A DNA stretch of 64,000 nucleotides, from assembly GCA_048938385.1 (NCBI GenBank), contig JBHLMG010000007.1:38947-102946 (forward strand), in the 5' to 3' direction. Numbering within the stretch: the first letter of the stretch is position 1; each line of letters begins with the position of its first letter. The notes under the pieces were generated by a model, which made no database searches, had not been told where the DNA came from, and was given only the letters and a program-made list of their open reading frames with translations. The stretch comes from Promethearchaeota archaeon (GTDB taxonomy: Archaea; Asgardarchaeota; Hermodarchaeia; Hermodarchaeales; Hermodarchaeaceae). Positions 47,674 to 57,778 of this stretch are shown here, piece by piece. A program made the translations under genes and the position numbers.

Positions 47674-48462
47674 ATGAGCCAGATACGATTACTAAGTACC
47701 ATTGAAATGGCACTCAAAAACCGTACTCAGCTCTTTGCTAACATCCACGACAATCGTAACCTAACCAAATACTTCATCGATCTCCAACTTGCAATTCTTC
47801 TTTTCACCTTTATCTACGGTGCCTCTATGGGGCTCTTTTCTGGTGGCCTCCAAATCCTCTATGCGGCATTGAAAATCCCTATTCTCATTTTTCTTACCCT
47901 CTACATCTGCGTTCCCACATTCTATGTGCTAGACAGCCTGGTTGGTGGCGCCTTATCCCTTCGCCAAATGCTCATCATCCTCCTCTCCGGCTTCACCATA
48001 ATGGCAACAATTCTCGTGGCTTTCTTACCCGTAGCACTTTTCTTCTTACTTACAAGCTTCGATTATACCTTCGTTGTATTACTCAATGTCTTCATCTTCG
48101 GTATTGGCGGGGTTGGTGCCCTCATCTACTTCCTTAATGGCTACACTACCATGTATAACTTGGAGGGCGAACCCGGACCGCAAATCACAGACGCGAGTAA
48201 ATGTCGTCAATGTGAAAGCCCAATCGCTGAAGGCAGCGCCTTCTGCCGATCTTGTGGAACACGTGTAGCCCCTTCCCCAGAGAAGGGGTTTCAAGCCTCC
48301 TCTCTGCCAATTCTCATCGGTTGTGCAGTGTTAATTTTTGTCGGAACTCAGCTAGCCTGGATCCTTCGACCCTACTTCAATTACTATCCCTTTTTCATTC
48401 GGCCTCTGGGTGGTAATTTCTACCTAGCCTTACTCCAACTCCTTCTCCAGCTTATTTTCTAG
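47674..48462 (+). CDS. Membrane protein with inserted zinc ribbon
   Basis: About 5 TM segments, VGTQLAWILRP, CRQC...FCRSCG. Confidence 0.75.
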   Translation: MSQIRLLSTIEMALKNRTQLFANIHDNRNLTKYFIDLQLAILLFTFIYGASMGLFSGGLQILYAALKIPILIFLTLYICVPTFYVLDSLVGGALSLRQMLIILLSGFTIMATILVAFLPVALFFLLTSFDYTFVVLLNVFIFGIGGVGALIYFLNGYTTMYNLEGEPGPQITDASKCRQCESPIAEGSAFCRSCGTRVAPSPEKGFQASSLPILIGCAVLIFVGTQLAWILRPYFNYYPFFIRPLGGNFYLALLQLLLQLIF

Positions 48463-48509
48463 CAGGCCTTGCCTGCTAGCTCCTCCTTTTTTTTCTGATG
48501 CAAGCGCCG

Positions 48510-49367
48510 TTAAGTGCTGGTAACTCGATTCCGGAGAATTCCAATGTTTGTGATCTCTGCTTCGACAACATCACCGGGTTGAAGATACACAGGGTTAGGC
48601 TTCGCGACATGACCAACCCCAGCAGGCGTTCCAGTAGCAATAACATCACCAGGTTCAAGCGTCATCACCTGTGAGATATCAGCAATTAGTTCTGCAACTG
48701 AAAAGATCATTTCCGCTGTGGAACTATCCTGACGCACTTTGCCATTTAGCCGCAATTCTAGCTGTAACTTCTGAGGATCTTTTATCTGATCAGGTAATGT
48801 GAGGCACGGTCCCATGGGTGCAAAGGTATCGAAACTTTTTCCTCGGAACCATTGCCCATCACGAAATTGGAAACCTCTCGCTGATACATCGTTAAACACT
48901 GTATAACCACCCACATAATCCAAAGCTTCATCGACAGGAACATCACGGCCGGTTTTTCCAATGATCACTCCGAGTTCAACCTCGTAGTCCACTTTGGTGG
49001 CTCTATTTGGGATGACGATGTCTTCTTCGGGTCCGATGATTGCAGTAGGGGGCTTGGAAAAGAGGATAGGCGTCTCTGGAATGCTTCGCCCAGTCTCCTT
49101 TGCATGACTCTGATAATTCACACCGATTCCAATGATTTTGGTCGGTCGAGGTATGGGGGCTAGTAATTGGACTTCTTCGATAGGTTGTGCACCAATGCGT
49201 CCTTTCAGCGCCGCTTCTATGGTGTGCTCAAGGGATGGATCGTTGAAGAAACTTAACAGATCGGGAATACCGGGTGTTGGTACAACTTCTCCATTATCAA
49301 GACATCCCACCCGAGGACCTGCATCGGTTGCATAGGTGACGAGTTTCACCTGTTGGCTTCTCTCCAA
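48510..49367 (-). CDS. Fumarylacetoacetate hydrolase family protein
   Basis: DYEVEL, NDVSAR, GKSFDTFAPMGP, DVIATGTPAGVG. Confidence 0.95.
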   Translation of the reverse strand: MERSQQVKLVTYATDAGPRVGCLDNGEVVPTPGIPDLLSFFNDPSLEHTIEAALKGRIGAQPIEEVQLLAPIPRPTKIIGIGVNYQSHAKETGRSIPETPILFSKPPTAIIGPEEDIVIPNRATKVDYEVELGVIIGKTGRDVPVDEALDYVGGYTVFNDVSARGFQFRDGQWFRGKSFDTFAPMGPCLTLPDQIKDPQKLQLELRLNGKVRQDSSTAEMIFSVAELIADISQVMTLEPGDVIATGTPAGVGHVAKPNPVYLQPGDVVEAEITNIGILRNRVTST

Positions 49368-49464
49368 TAAAACGGGTCTCTAAATTAGACCTACTTACTC
49401 TCCTCCTTCAACCCTAAATAATTGACTCTATCACGATATTCCATCGACAAAAATGACTGAATTG

Positions 49465-49914
49465 TTACTCACCGCAGCGGAAAAAAAGCCAACCATCCTT
49501 TACTTTCTTAAACCGAATAAGGCAGAACCGACCCTGCAACTGCTTACCATGAACCACTACGATGATCTCCTTGTCCGCATCCCATTTTTCAGTTTCGTAA
49601 GTTCCTTGATCCCATATCTCTACGCTTCCAGCTCCATATTCCCCTGGAGGAATAACGCCTTGAAAGGAGGCGTATTCTAGAGGGTGGTCTTCCGTCTGGA
49701 TGGCTAATCGGCGAACACCTTTCTCAGTTGGTGGTTCTTTGGGAATTGCCCAGCTTACCAAGACGCCGTTTCGTTCGAGTCGAAAATCCCAGTGGAGATT
49801 CCGGGCTTGATGGCGCTGAATCACATAGACTTGGTTTCTCCCGGATTTCAAGGTAGGTGCAGGTTCAGGGGTTTTAGCGAAATCTCGTTTCTTCTTGTAT
49901 TCGTCTAGGCTCAC
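49465..49914 (-). CDS. Stand-alone LigD-type DNA 3'-phosphoesterase (PE domain)
   Basis: YKKKRDFAKTPEP, QRHQARNLHWDFRLE, SWAIPK, EDHPLEY, YGAG..IWD. Confidence 0.93.
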   Translation of the reverse strand: MSLDEYKKKRDFAKTPEPAPTLKSGRNQVYVIQRHQARNLHWDFRLERNGVLVSWAIPKEPPTEKGVRRLAIQTEDHPLEYASFQGVIPPGEYGAGSVEIWDQGTYETEKWDADKEIIVVVHGKQLQGRFCLIRFKKVKDGWLFFRCGE

Positions 49915-49954
49915 TTTCTATCCCACCTGCCTCAATGATAAAGTAGTTAATTAA

Positions 49955-50674
49955 TTGCTTCCTATTTTTGGATGTATTCACACACCTAGGGAATTGGGAA
50001 TGTTAGCTAGCCTCATGAATTTCGTTTTTCCGTATGGTTCGGGGATTCTCTACATCTTTATCGCCCTTCTTTTAAGCTGGGCTTCCAGCACCCTCATTGA
50101 ATCCATTGTCTTAGAATGGTTGCTACATCGGCAGGGGAACCAGACACGATTCGTTGCGGTCATGGGATGGACGAGTGTCGTTCAAGTCCTCAGTACGCCG
50201 TTTTCCTTTGCAGTGGCCCTCATCATTTTTGGAGGAATGATTGGCATCCTACCACTTCCTCAATACCTCGATGTCCTCCAACTTAGTTTCAGCCTGCTCT
50301 GGAATCCATTAGGCTTTTTCCTTGGATTTTTCCTCGTTCCCGTTGTTCTTGAGTACTTTCTTTGGCGAGGAAGCTGGTTGCAGATCAACTCAAAAGAGAA
50401 CCCTGCAAAACTCGCTGTTCGTATCCCTCCCTCCAAGCTATTTTGCTTCTCTGGTGTTATTATCGCCAATGCTTGCTCATTTCTCTTCGCTTTCTTATTG
50501 CAGGCTAGTTTATTGCCTTACCCCTTTGCACTCTATGGCGGGCTGACTTTTGTCGTCTTGATCGTGGGAGTCTTTGTGTGGTTTCTCTATACCACCCAAG
50601 GGGTCGTCTCGTTACGAGCTCCAGAGCAACCAATAGAATGCGTTATTATCGTGAAGGGGGTTCAAGCCGCGTGA
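49955..50674 (+). CDS. Hypothetical membrane protein
   Basis: Multi-TM ORF. Confidence 0.65.
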   Translation: MLPIFGCIHTPRELGMLASLMNFVFPYGSGILYIFIALLLSWASSTLIESIVLEWLLHRQGNQTRFVAVMGWTSVVQVLSTPFSFAVALIIFGGMIGILPLPQYLDVLQLSFSLLWNPLGFFLGFFLVPVVLEYFLWRGSWLQINSKENPAKLAVRIPPSKLFCFSGVIIANACSFLFAFLLQASLLPYPFALYGGLTFVVLIVGVFVWFLYTTQGVVSLRAPEQPIECVIIVKGVQAA

Positions 50675-52104
50675 AACGAAGACCAATGGCTAACACCACT
50701 CTGAGTTTATACGCAATAGCGCAGGTTTCTGCAATTGTGCTTTTCATTTTCCTTTTTATCACCTACTCGCCTGTGATTCAACGGCTTTCTCAATTTCCAC
50801 CCATCACTCCCCAGGAATTAAAAGCCACAATGGGTCAACACAACCGCCAACAGGCCATCTGGGCCGATTACATTCAGACAAATGATGGCTCGTTTCGAGT
50901 CGTCATAAAACATAGTAGCTACGAAGGAACCGTCTGGTCTGAACCCGTGGTTCTATCGAACCTTGTCATCCCATTATTTACACTAATTCCGCCAGGGTAT
51001 TGGGGCCCCCTCAATTGGAGAGTTGTAACATCTCTTGCTTGCAGTGATAATGGGTCTATGAGCGCAGGATGGATAACCTACAATTCAACCTTCTCTAATG
51101 ATGTGGGTTCAGTCCAATATGTAGTGCATGATGGAACTGAATGGAGCCAATCTAATTCTTTAACCAATCAATCTAACATTGCCAACTTCCAGCTCCGGTA
51201 TAGTCGCGATGGAGTGCTATTCGCCGCGTGGTTGGAATTAAATTATTCGACTTATTCTGAGGCGAGGTGGAAACTGTATTGTTGGGAGGTCGGTTCTCCC
51301 AGTCTTCCTCAACTCGTCTTTGAGGGGAATGAGAGCTACTACTATGATATGGATTCAGTTTCGTTCATTCTCCTTCCTGGACGAAATGGAAGTATCCATC
51401 TGTTCTGCAAAACTCCAACTTCCATTTTATTCCGGGCAAATGTCAATGGCACCTGGTCAGCGATTGATTCATTTTCTGGTAACTACTATGGCGTTTGGGG
51501 TGCTGCGATCGACTCGCAAGAACGAATTCATCTGGTCTATGACTACTATAACGGGTTTGATGACACTGCTCTCCGATACACCTCCTTCTTTAACGGTACC
51601 TGGGGCTCGAATGAGACCCTAGTGCAAGGAGTTTCAGTTGTTCGACTATGGCTGGCAGTTAGCAGTCTCAATGAGCTCCAAGTCCTGTGGGCTCAAATCG
51701 GTCAACATGCTTTTTCCTATAATCCTGTCTTCTTTACAGTCAAATACTTCGACGGAAACTGGACATCGAAAATTCAAGTGATGGGTTTACCTTCAGGAAG
51801 CATTGAATCCCAACTTGTGTTAGGTGCTGGGGATACTTATCTAATCCAAGAACAGCCCTTAGGTTCTGCACGGCAATTTGCCCATTACCAGCTGGGTTTT
51901 CCTCACTTCTCAGAAACCTTGGGGCTTAATGTAACGGAAGTTCACTTTCTGGGAATAGTTTCAACGAGTATTCCACAAATGCTCACACAGTTCCAAGTCT
52001 ATGCCTTGGGGTTTGGGACGATCATGGTAATTGGTGTAGCCGTGTTTTTTCCATTGGTCTATCGGTTTTTGCGTTCGTCTTTCAGGCAAATTCTTCAACC
52101 GTGA
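50578..52104 (+). CDS. Membrane-anchored extracellular beta-propeller-like protein (start probably 50671 or 50686)
   Basis: N- and C-terminal TM; repeats DGTEWS, NGTWS, NGTWG, DGNWT; AIDSQERIHLVY. Confidence 0.7.
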   Translation: MVSLYHPRGRLVTSSRATNRMRYYREGGSSRVKRRPMANTTLSLYAIAQVSAIVLFIFLFITYSPVIQRLSQFPPITPQELKATMGQHNRQQAIWADYIQTNDGSFRVVIKHSSYEGTVWSEPVVLSNLVIPLFTLIPPGYWGPLNWRVVTSLACSDNGSMSAGWITYNSTFSNDVGSVQYVVHDGTEWSQSNSLTNQSNIANFQLRYSRDGVLFAAWLELNYSTYSEARWKLYCWEVGSPSLPQLVFEGNESYYYDMDSVSFILLPGRNGSIHLFCKTPTSILFRANVNGTWSAIDSFSGNYYGVWGAAIDSQERIHLVYDYYNGFDDTALRYTSFFNGTWGSNETLVQGVSVVRLWLAVSSLNELQVLWAQIGQHAFSYNPVFFTVKYFDGNWTSKIQVMGLPSGSIESQLVLGAGDTYLIQEQPLGSARQFAHYQLGFPHFSETLGLNVTEVHFLGIVSTSIPQMLTQFQVYALGFGTIMVIGVAVFFPLVYRFLRSSFRQILQP

Positions 52105-52129
52105 AGGTTTGGAGTACTCCAGTTGTTTG

Positions 52130-53023
52130 CTAGCGTAGATGCGTGAATAACCATTCAGCAAGACCCGTTCCGGTCTGGTTTAATTCTTCACATTCGTGGA
52201 TTACCATTTCTTCGAAGAGTTCCGTTTCCCCACCATCAAATTGTCGGGAATAGCGAGCGAAGCTTAGAGGGTGAATGAGTTGAGACTGTAACGTAAAACT
52301 CCGTCCCTTCTGATCTCTGATATGGCTTGTTGCTTTGACTGGTTTTCGAATGGTGTTTTCTTCAAATTGGGTGGTTACTTGGATTTTGGTGAGAGGAACA
52401 TTCCCTTCTTTTGAACTAATACAACCAGAAAGATGGCTTTTGCCTTGTACCGTGTCATACCGTAAACCAATCATCAATTCATCGAATTGAGCCTGGAGGG
52501 CAAACCAATTATCGATGTGCCAATCACGAACACCCCAACTCTTGTCTCTCTGTCCGTAACCTTTCACTTGGAGCATTTGTCCATTTGGATAAGTGATATG
52601 TCCTGTTACAATTCCGGATTGTTCGAAGTGCCGTTGCCAACTTGTGCCGCTTCCTGCCCCAAAATCGTAAGGGGGAAATCGCATTTGCCATCGAAGTTCT
52701 ACATGAACACGAGTACTGGTGTAATGAATACCCCAGTCGTTAAATGGTTTGATGAGTTCGTAGGAGAGGGTGTCATCACTTAAAACGGAACGGAGTACTT
52801 TCGGTAAGGGGTCTTTCGGTTCAGCGAAATAAAATTCAGAATTCCCTTCGACAAAAAGAGCGAAGACAAACTCGCGTTTAGGTTGGTGTGGTATTACTCC
52901 AATCGTGGTAAACCCACTTACCTTTGACTTGAGGTCGACCCAGTTAAAATACCAGCTTTCTCGCCAATCACTATCCTCGGATACTTCGTGTAAATACTCG
53001 TCAGCGTCGGTTAACTTCGTCAA
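52130..53023 (-). CDS. Tocopherol cyclase/CrtC/AttH-like double beta-barrel protein
   Basis: WRESWYFNW, HFEQSG, GQRDKSWGVRDW. Confidence 0.7.
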   Translation of the reverse strand: MTKLTDADEYLHEVSEDSDWRESWYFNWVDLKSKVSGFTTIGVIPHQPKREFVFALFVEGNSEFYFAEPKDPLPKVLRSVLSDDTLSYELIKPFNDWGIHYTSTRVHVELRWQMRFPPYDFGAGSGTSWQRHFEQSGIVTGHITYPNGQMLQVKGYGQRDKSWGVRDWHIDNWFALQAQFDELMIGLRYDTVQGKSHLSGCISSKEGNVPLTKIQVTTQFEENTIRKPVKATSHIRDQKGRSFTLQSQLIHPLSFARYSRQFDGGETELFEEMVIHECEELNQTGTGLAEWLFTHLR

Positions 53024-53049
53024 TATTATCCGGCTCCAAGATGTCGATC

Positions 53050-54216
53050 CTATTCAGGCAACCAATAGAATGTTGGATCCTTTGCTCGTTCATCAGCGGG
53101 ACGAAACATTCGTGCAAAAGCATTATCACCATCATGTTCCATGAAATAGGGAACATACTTCTCCAGGACATGGGGTGTAAGGTCCCACTCGATTTGGTCA
53201 GTGATTCCAACCTGGTTTGTGAATCTGGCAAACCCTCGCATATAGGCCTTTGCGCCAGCGATTAATCGTTGCTGTTTATCCCAGCTAGCAAATTTAAGGA
53301 ATAGTTCCTGTTGAGCAGCATCAGCTGCTTCTCCATAGGCAGGCAGTTCGTCTAATCCAAGACTGGTTATCTTCGCCCCTTTCTTTGTATACGCTACTAC
53401 GCCCGTCACATGGTCCCCGTATTCTGCTGGATCGAAAGTAATTGTCCCGACATCAATGGCCTTAGCCTTGATGTCCTTCAGAGTGAAAGCTACTCCTAGA
53501 GTGGAGGTAGGAAGCTTTGCCTCTGTTTTCGACCAGGGCAACCACAGATCACCATGACCATCAAAGAGGTGTGTATACTCAGAGATAACGAGAATCTCGT
53601 TCTTGCTAATAGGATATGGTCCGTGTTCGATGATCTTTGCACGGGCTTCACATTCATCCATGAAAGCGTACAGGTCAACAGCTCCAATGATTTTACGCAA
53701 TTCGTTAACTTGTTGGGAGCTCACCGGTTCAAGACGGTCCTGCAACCAGGTCAACACTTCTTCGCCAAAGGCTTGGTTAATGTATCCTGCAGATTCGACT
53801 GTTGGTTTCCCTGAATTAAAGTAATGAGATCCCAACCGATGCCAATGATCAAGGAGATATCGCCATTCTTCCTGTTTTTCTTTTGGTTCTTTCCTGGGCT
53901 CGTTATCGCACTGGTTGAAGATAATTCCCATTCGACCCAGACCGTAGTAAAGCCATTGGTAGGTGATGGAAAGGGCGTGAATCTCTGAAAGCGGGACCTT
54001 ACTTTGTTGTGCTAGAATTTCTGGTGAGATTCGGGCCCACACCTGGCTCATGATCTCATATTGCGTCTCATAGGTGTTGTAACAGGATAATGAGATATAG
54101 GCGTTCACTGGGAATAGTTGGGATTCCAGCAATCCTCGCTCTAACAGGATATTCGTGAAAACCTCGGAAATATGGGCGATTTGCGCATTGATGGCTTGCA
54201 AGTTCACGGTTATCAA
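53050..54216 (-). CDS. Conserved-looking hypothetical protein
   Basis: 388-aa ORF (ERGLLES.LFPV.AY, HGPY, LPWS), co-oriented with the downstream gene. Confidence 0.75.
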   Translation of the reverse strand: MITVNLQAINAQIAHISEVFTNILLERGLLESQLFPVNAYISLSCYNTYETQYEIMSQVWARISPEILAQQSKVPLSEIHALSITYQWLYYGLGRMGIIFNQCDNEPRKEPKEKQEEWRYLLDHWHRLGSHYFNSGKPTVESAGYINQAFGEEVLTWLQDRLEPVSSQQVNELRKIIGAVDLYAFMDECEARAKIIEHGPYPISKNEILVISEYTHLFDGHGDLWLPWSKTEAKLPTSTLGVAFTLKDIKAKAIDVGTITFDPAEYGDHVTGVVAYTKKGAKITSLGLDELPAYGEAADAAQQELFLKFASWDKQQRLIAGAKAYMRGFARFTNQVGITDQIEWDLTPHVLEKYVPYFMEHDGDNAFARMFRPADERAKDPTFYWLPE

Positions 54217-54295
54217 ACCTATGAGATATGGTTCTTTCTGAGTGTAATGAGGTTATACAAAAGCGGTACGACCCGTTCAAATTCTTCCGACAGAA

Positions 54296-54736
54296 TCACT
54301 TAGTCTTATGCGGGCGTTTAGTTTTTTGCTTTGGTCTACGAATTGATGGAGCAATGCTCAGGATGCCTCCGATAATTGCCAAGACGGGAGCGACATAATA
54401 GGTTAAACCTAAGACCACAAAGGAGGGAGATGCAAAGATAATGGCTAGAAAACCCCCTAATGGTCCACTTCGCCAGATGGAGATCACGCCAGCAATCAAC
54501 AGCATACTGCCAATCAGGATGGCTACACCAATCACGATGCGGGTAATGAATAGGTAGAACTCGATACCTGGGAGTTCGCTAGGGGGGACAGAGGAGAGCT
54601 GTTGTAAAATGCTCAGATACGCAATAATGTTATTTAGCTGAGATGCAAGGATTATGACGCCGCCTAGCATCTGAAAGATCCCTCCTAAATCAGCGAGGCA
54701 AGAAAAATCTCCATCGTTTTCTACTTTATTAGGCAT
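54296..54736 (-). CDS. Small membrane protein (4 TM)
   Basis: Hydrophobic segments, VLAIIGGILS. Confidence 0.65.
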   Translation of the reverse strand: MPNKVENDGDFSCLADLGGIFQMLGGVIILASQLNNIIAYLSILQQLSSVPPSELPGIEFYLFITRIVIGVAILIGSMLLIAGVISIWRSGPLGGFLAIIFASPSFVVLGLTYYVAPVLAIIGGILSIAPSIRRPKQKTKRPHKTK

Positions 54737-54901
54737 CTCTGCGACTTCCTATGCATGAGCTATGTATTGTATTGGAGGTGATTTCTTACTCTCTCAAATA
54801 GTCTCCGGAATAAAGTGTTCTCGCGGTCAATACAAACCATCGTTTAGACAAATTCCCGTAAATTAAAAGCGATAGACTATGTAGTACCCGCAGGTATCGA
54901 C

Positions 54902-55399
54902 ATGCCAACTGACTATCCTCTCTCCCAAGAAATTGAGATAACCATTCCCCCTTCAGAACCATTCTATCCTCCCTTTGTGGCTGGTCGTGACCAAGAGTTC
55001 GCAGGTCGGGGCCCTTTCGTCACCGTTCTTGTAACCCTTTGGAAAATCGGTACAAATCAACTCGGGTATCAGATTAGCATGGATGCCCTCGAAACCCATG
55101 ATGATTTCACCTTCTTTCAAGGGCAAACTGGACTCAAACCCATCTATAATGTCAATCATCAACATCCTGGATTCTTTATCGCTACTATTCTCTCTGATAC
55201 TGCCAGTGGTGTACGGCTTTTTGATTCAGATCCGCACCTAAACATCTTACGCCCTAGCTACGGAAATTTAGTCCGAGAATTCACAATCGAAGGCGACCGA
55301 AAAGGTGATGACCAACCTTGGGTTCAAGTTGCCTTCAATCCGGTCCGTATCCGAATCGTTGAAAGCCCACATTGCTTCTTAAAACGCATCAACAAATGA
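54902..55399 (+). CDS. Hypothetical beta-rich protein
   Basis: 165-aa ORF; RDQEFAGRGP and GDRKGDD motifs. Confidence 0.65.
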   Translation: MPTDYPLSQEIEITIPPSEPFYPPFVAGRDQEFAGRGPFVTVLVTLWKIGTNQLGYQISMDALETHDDFTFFQGQTGLKPIYNVNHQHPGFFIATILSDTASGVRLFDSDPHLNILRPSYGNLVREFTIEGDRKGDDQPWVQVAFNPVRIRIVESPHCFLKRINK

Positions 55400-55412
55400 T
55401 AGGAGGCTGTGA

Positions 55413-56222
55413 ATGTCAAAATTAGAATTCTTCCAAGAATTAGGAAAGAAACTGAACGAAGATCTCCACCTACAGACCTTTCCACTCGCGATCCGATTTC
55501 TAAAATCGAAAAATGATATTCCGGAGAAGGCCCATAGACCAAGCGCTCTCAATATGCAAATCACCATGTGTCAGGGTTACACTTTCTCACGGCGTATTGG
55601 CTGGACCATGGGTCTCGCAGAAGAAGACATGAAATGCACCCCCAATCTAGTTGCTTACGGGTTTACTGAACTCACAAACAATCGCGCGTTCATCGAAGCC
55701 TTCCGGGCTATGGACTATTATGCCACGGACGATGCCGCACAACAGATGCTGGATAATTTTTCCAGGATAACTCCAGGTGATTATGAAGCCGTCGTTATCT
55801 CCCCTCTAGCGTGGACGAAGGTTGAACCAGATGTGATTCTCATCCATGGTAATTCGACTCAGGTGATGAGGCTTATTCAAGCGAGCATCTACAACACTGG
55901 AGAACCTCTCCTCACTAGACAAATGGGTATGGCTGCGAGCTGTATTGGTGGTGTGTTGCATACCTTCCAAACAAGTAAACCCAACATGATAATCCCTGGA
56001 GCCGGAGACCGGATCTTTGGCGCGGTTCAGGATCATGAAATCATCTTCACCCTCTCAGGGGATCAACTAGAGGAGACCGTGTTAGCTTTAAGAAAGGCTG
56101 GATACAAAATGGGCATCCGCTATCCTATGCCCGTTAGCCTTACCGAACCCACACTGATCCCTATAGCTTGGGAAATCTTAGATAAACACACACGAAAGCT
56201 CAACAAGTCTAGGACGCAGTAA
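55413..56222 (+). CDS. DUF169 family protein
   Basis: PLAIRF, CQ...RR.G, PDVILI, C.G, PGAGDRIFG...DHEI. Confidence 0.88.
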   Translation: MSKLEFFQELGKKLNEDLHLQTFPLAIRFLKSKNDIPEKAHRPSALNMQITMCQGYTFSRRIGWTMGLAEEDMKCTPNLVAYGFTELTNNRAFIEAFRAMDYYATDDAAQQMLDNFSRITPGDYEAVVISPLAWTKVEPDVILIHGNSTQVMRLIQASIYNTGEPLLTRQMGMAASCIGGVLHTFQTSKPNMIIPGAGDRIFGAVQDHEIIFTLSGDQLEETVLALRKAGYKMGIRYPMPVSLTEPTLIPIAWEILDKHTRKLNKSRTQ

Positions 56223-56457
56223 ATCTACTGAATGAAATTACTGCGCAAAAAAGGAACCTCCTGATGAACTGAAGGTGGGGACTCTGCAGTTATTCTCTGA
56301 GGTGAAGACCCTCAAAGCGGTTTTAGCTTGATGATTCTCTTCGCGATTTAGAAACATACGGGTTAACTGGTTAGGCTTCGCAAGTCTAGGTACGAGTGGG
56401 TTCGATAAGAGATTTTGAAAGACTACGCTCAATCGTCGATGATCATCTCAGCCCCAG

Positions 56458-56503
56458 GCCTTTGCTCTTCGGTTAGTTATCCCCCAAGAATATCCAGCAA
56501 TAT
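56458..56503 (-). pseudogene. Possible highly decayed radA 3'-region relic (relic 3)
   Basis: Minus strand CATATTGCTGGA (HIAG)...GGATA...AAGAGCAAAGGC (KSKG); needs about 7 nt of deletion to align with Rad[19 protein letters not shown]. Confidence 0.3.
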
Positions 56504-56707
56504 GCAAAATGGATGCTAAGAATAGTGAGCCAATACGCCAGCCCTGAAATTGCGTTAGATGTGGAATTTCTTAACCCCAACATACAACGCATACTTCTGA
56601 AGTGATGTAGTATGACGCTTTGGGAGATTATTGTAACCTTTATTGTACAAATGCAATGTTTATTGACTTTTTTGGATGAATCTATTGTAGTATTTTTTCA
56701 TGACTAA

Positions 56708-57451
56708 CTACAATTTTGTAGAGTTGGGCAAGGGTGAAGGCTTTGCTGATTTAGGAGATCTCTCGACTATTCGTGTATCAAAATCTACCATTTCTTGAGG
56801 TTGTTGGGAAAGTGATGGAAAAACTGTGGTTTGACCTTGCAGCACCCAACCCAGCGTTATCATAATTGCAACTATTATACCAGTTAGGGTTGCACCCCGA
56901 ACTAGAAAGACTACTTCGGCTGGATTAACTTGAGGATAAAACAACATCGGATTCAAGTTAATGAACAGAATCATGGGTGGCAAAAAAATCAGCCAAACTG
57001 ACAGACCTAATAACCACCACCATTTGACTCGATGGTATGCACACGCTTTGCAGGCAACACCATTAAAACGAAAAACTCCAATGGTCCTACTCCACGCTGG
57101 TTTGATCCGTACAAGGCATTTACTGCAAAAAGGTTGTCCACATATGGCACATCGGTCATAAGCCAACTCTTCTGAATGACTGGAACACAGAGTACCCTTC
57201 AGAAAAACCTCGGCGTGGACTCGACTTTCACGGATCAGAAACACCGCTGTAAGGATGCTTCCTAACCCTCCTGCCAGAGCAACTGTTGAAGCAAAAAGAC
57301 TCCATGGATTGTGTAAGAACCAATAATAGAGCCCCTGCGCGAAAATCAGTATGCTCGTGAGAGCGTAGAACATAGCCACCTTATAGTCAGGAGTGTTAGT
57401 ACTTGCGATCCATCGCAAAGAGGTGTCCCTCAAATTTGTCTCACTAGCCAA
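56708..57451 (-). CDS. Membrane protein with B-box-like zinc finger
   Basis: 2 TM, CSSH...CAIC...CSKC...CKAC, 2 TM. Confidence 0.78.
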   Translation of the reverse strand: MASETNLRDTSLRWIASTNTPDYKVAMFYALTSILIFAQGLYYWFLHNPWSLFASTVALAGGLGSILTAVFLIRESRVHAEVFLKGTLCSSHSEELAYDRCAICGQPFCSKCLVRIKPAWSRTIGVFRFNGVACKACAYHRVKWWWLLGLSVWLIFLPPMILFINLNPMLFYPQVNPAEVVFLVRGATLTGIIVAIMITLGWVLQGQTTVFPSLSQQPQEMVDFDTRIVERSPKSAKPSPLPNSTKL

Positions 57452-57778
57452 TTGTTTCCCTCCATTTTAATCATCACATTTCGCAGATTTATTCCTTTGC
57501 AAAGGGCACCAAGACCGCAGTGTGCACTAAGAATCTTGTCTGGAAAAGCCTTGGCTTCGACATCCTGATGCCTCCAAAAATACTCTCAGATTCCAGCATC
57601 TTCTCCTTGGTTCCCTTCTATACTTATGCCTTGGAAGAAGCGCAGCTGGAAACGCTGCAGAGACTCTTCTAACCTTTCTGGCAAAATACCAAATAATTTG
57701 TGAACGGACAAAATCACTTATTATCTTGGTTGAATAGCCTTCTCCTTTCTCGGATAATACTTTGCGGAACTGATATCC

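Noticed and set aside
54902-55399. Assignment to a cytolysin C-terminal-like domain
   Set aside because: Only a vague recollection of the D.EF.G.GP motif; cannot be supported without a search.
56238-56445. Histidine kinase remnant (DHRRLSVVFQNLLSN resembles an N-box)
   Set aside because: Only one short motif; the GLGL-like stretch lies upstream in another frame, which is the wrong order.
57478-57672. Tiny ORFs (24 aa minus strand, 34 aa plus strand) and a GCAGC/GCTGC hairpin
   Set aside because: No motif or supporting promoter/terminator set; compatible with chance.
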